From Lophium mytilinum (Eukaryota), in assembly GCA_010093605.1 (NCBI GenBank), contig MU004190.1, positions 248,001-312,000 on the forward strand: 64,000 bases of DNA. The letters are read 5' to 3'. Below the pieces are notes generated by a model. It ran no database searches. It saw nothing but the letters and a program-made list of their open reading frames with translations, and was not told the DNA's origin. The first letter of the stretch is position 1. The number at the start of each line of letters is the position of its first letter. Shown here in pieces: positions 61,550-64,000 of the stretch. The translations under genes and the position numbers were made by a program.

Positions 61550-62708
61550 TGCTGCTAGCTGTTCCCAACGGAATTTCTGTGGGTGTTCTAGTGTAAGAGC
61601 GAGGTGTTCGGAGGACAGGCGGAGAGTGCTAGTGGGCTGCTATTCGAGCTGGCGTTGAGCGCGATGGTGAATGGGTAGCGTGGAGTGTTGCGGTGTTGGT
61701 GGTAGCAGACGGACAGATATCGTGGGGTAGGCGGACGGAGTGAGGTTCTTCGGTGGTGGTCAGGTTTGCGTGGAACTACCGTGCTCAGACTCCGCCGAGC
61801 GAGGGTGCGAATTGGTTACGGGCCACGCGCGATTGGCTGGCCCACTATCCCACCGGCCGGCACGATTCGAAGGGGGGGCCGATTTTGTCCCGATGGATGA
61901 AAAGAGCAATTTGATCCGTCGTGGATGCTGAGATGAGAGGAATTAATGCTGTGGGACGTCCGCTGAATCCATCTAGCCGCCTCTCTCTCATCCTTTAGAC
62001 GCCCTGCTGCATTATGCAGGTCCGAGTGCACCCTCAGTATCCCCAGTGAAGCAATTGCTGGTATCTACTTATCCACCGCCTGTGTGTCTCTACAGTATCG
62101 AGGCAGCCGGAACACCATCCCTCTTTCGGATATCATGTTCCCTTAGCAGGACAAACATTTCTCAGCACACCCTTTTTAAACGGTGCGAGAACCTAGGCAC
62201 CCGAGTGTTTGTCAGGCAGAAGCAATAGGGGCTCAGACGCCTTGGAGGTTGCGGCTCCGGAGGTTGCGGTTCTATTACTTCGGAAGTTGAGGGCATCTGT
62301 CTCCGAGAACTGCTCCAGCTGTCTGGCCTGGCCATATGCAGGGCATTGGCTACAGGGACCCCGCACCCGCATATTCACGAATTAAGCTTCTGATTCATAT
62401 AGTCAGTTTTCATTTTCATGTTTGCGTAGAAACGATACTGATAGAGGTCGAATCGGGACTCGTTGATCACGTGACACTATCGAGACGAGGTAACCAGACG
62501 CCATGCTCTCCCATCAGGCTTTCCCGTCTCCAATCCCGCAAAGGAACGAGGCCAACGCCATGCTATCAAGCAATTCTTCCACCCTCCCCTTTCCATCTCG
62601 CTATCAAGAATATACAAATTATGACCCTAAGATGATCGACAATGAGCTACTGCGCTCCACACTTTGGGAGCAACGCAGAGCCTCATTGCTTCCTTCAGTA
62701 CCAGTGCC

Positions 62709-64000
62709 TCATCTGTAGAACCCCTCATCTCCGTCTCCCTGCCCTGCTCCTGCGCCAGCTTCCTGCCCTCTTGGTGTCCAGCCCGCCGCATACGGGCCTG
62801 TGCGTCCAGGCGGCTGATACGCTTGATAGCCCGCGCCCGGTGGTGGCGGCGAACTTGGCACTCCCGGCGGCGCATGCGATGGCGGATTTGGGTGCCCATA
62901 GGGATCTGAGGGAGGCTGCTGAGGGGAATATACGTCATCGTAAGGGGCCCCTGCGGCAGGAGGCTGCTGTTGAGGGGGGTATCCTGGTGGTGGTAGATTC
63001 GCAGGATGCTGGCTTTGAGCGACATTTGATGGTGCGTAGCCTTCGTAGCCAGCCACAGATGCTGGAGGAGGCTGGCCTTGACCTGGTGGTGGGGCTTGGC
63101 CCGGGAGGAAGCTGGCGCGGTTGTCAATTGGGGAGTCGTAGTGGCCTGTGGCGAGTTCCTGGGGTCCGAAGGTTGATTGGGGCCGGCCTTGGCCTACTCG
63201 CAATGGCTGCGCATAGGGGTCTGCTTGAGGTTTCGGGCTGGTTCGTTGTGGCTGTGGCTGCTGTCCTGGAGGGACCATGAAGAACGCTGGGCCCGTGGGT
63301 TGGCCAGTTGGGTATTGCGAGGGGGGCTCTGATGGAGCGCCTGGTGGTGGCCCGCTGTAGAACCGGCCTGGATCTTGAGGGGGGCTTTGTGGAGGATATC
63401 CCGGTGCTCCTTGCGGTGCTCCATACGCAGCCTGTGGGGGTGGTGCGCCGTATCCGTATGCAGGCCGGCCATACGAAGGCTGTGAGGGTTGTGACATTGA
63501 CGCTTCGAGGAGCGACTCGTAGTCGCGACGGGCCTTGATGAACTTTTCGTTGAGCTGGGTGAAGTCATCTAAAATGATGTTAGCTCGGTCTCCCTCTAAT
63601 ACGTCAGATCAATTACCCTTCTTCTGTGAGTATTTCCCGATGAGTTCAATCAACTTCGGCCGTATCGCCAGTGTTGAATGGTACAGACTCTAAATCTCGG
63701 TCAGTGACAACGCTACAGCAATGGCTTTCACAAGGTCCCGTACCGTGATCTCCTCGTTGTCTCTCGCATCGCCATCTCCTGCTCTTGAACTTGTGCTCAA
63801 TAATGCTAGCAGCTTTTCCACATTTCTAATTTGTGCGAACACCTCAGCCTCCATCTGTGCCTCCCTCTCTAGCTCTTCTTTGGTAGGGTCCTGCAGCTTC
63901 TCCACATAGTTCAGTGGGAAGATGCCCGTTTGGCCCCTCAGGGATCCCTTCCACCAATCCTTGTATACCGACTCAAGAACGGCGATGATGTCTCCCTTGC
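62709..64000 (-). CDS. HSE1: ESCRT-0 subunit Hse1/STAM, 3' part (runs off window)
   Basis: SH3 end (DIIAVLESVYKDWWKGSLRGQTGIFPLNYV), GAT region (IRPKLIELIGKYSQKK|DDFTQLNEKFIKARRDYE), and a Pro/Gln/Tyr-rich tail. Confidence 0.9.

Overview
Intron-containing filamentous ascomycete DNA, probably Dothideomycete-like (inferred from gene content, GT..CTAAC..AG introns and RIP-type C>T damage). Housekeeping genes lie at both ends: an acyl-CoA carboxyltransferase, a BTB protein and COX15 on the left; MED13, ENP2/NOL10, cytochrome b5 and partial HSE1 on the right. The interior has two accessory tracts. (1) About 11.5-29.8 kb is a paralog cluster. It holds five copies of 'family A', whose C-terminal domain resembles the PemK/MazF (fungal DUF6590-like) fold; three are intact, one has a nonsense codon, and one is RIP-destroyed and invisible in the ORF track. 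It also holds two copies of coiled-coil 'family B', each head-to-head with an A copy. The cluster is bracketed by related degenerate ~108-bp tandem arrays in inverted orientation. This is the best candidate for an undescribed toxin/antidote-like or selfish system. (2) About 35-50 kb contains a Thg1-like (TLP-type) gene, several decayed membrane-protein genes and a Zn2Cys6 factor. It ends with a HeLo-like/kinase-like gene head-to-head with a six-exon gene that fuses a helical N-terminal domain to a Rho1-like GTPase, a possible immune sensor/decoy pair. All domain calls are by eye; no searches were run.
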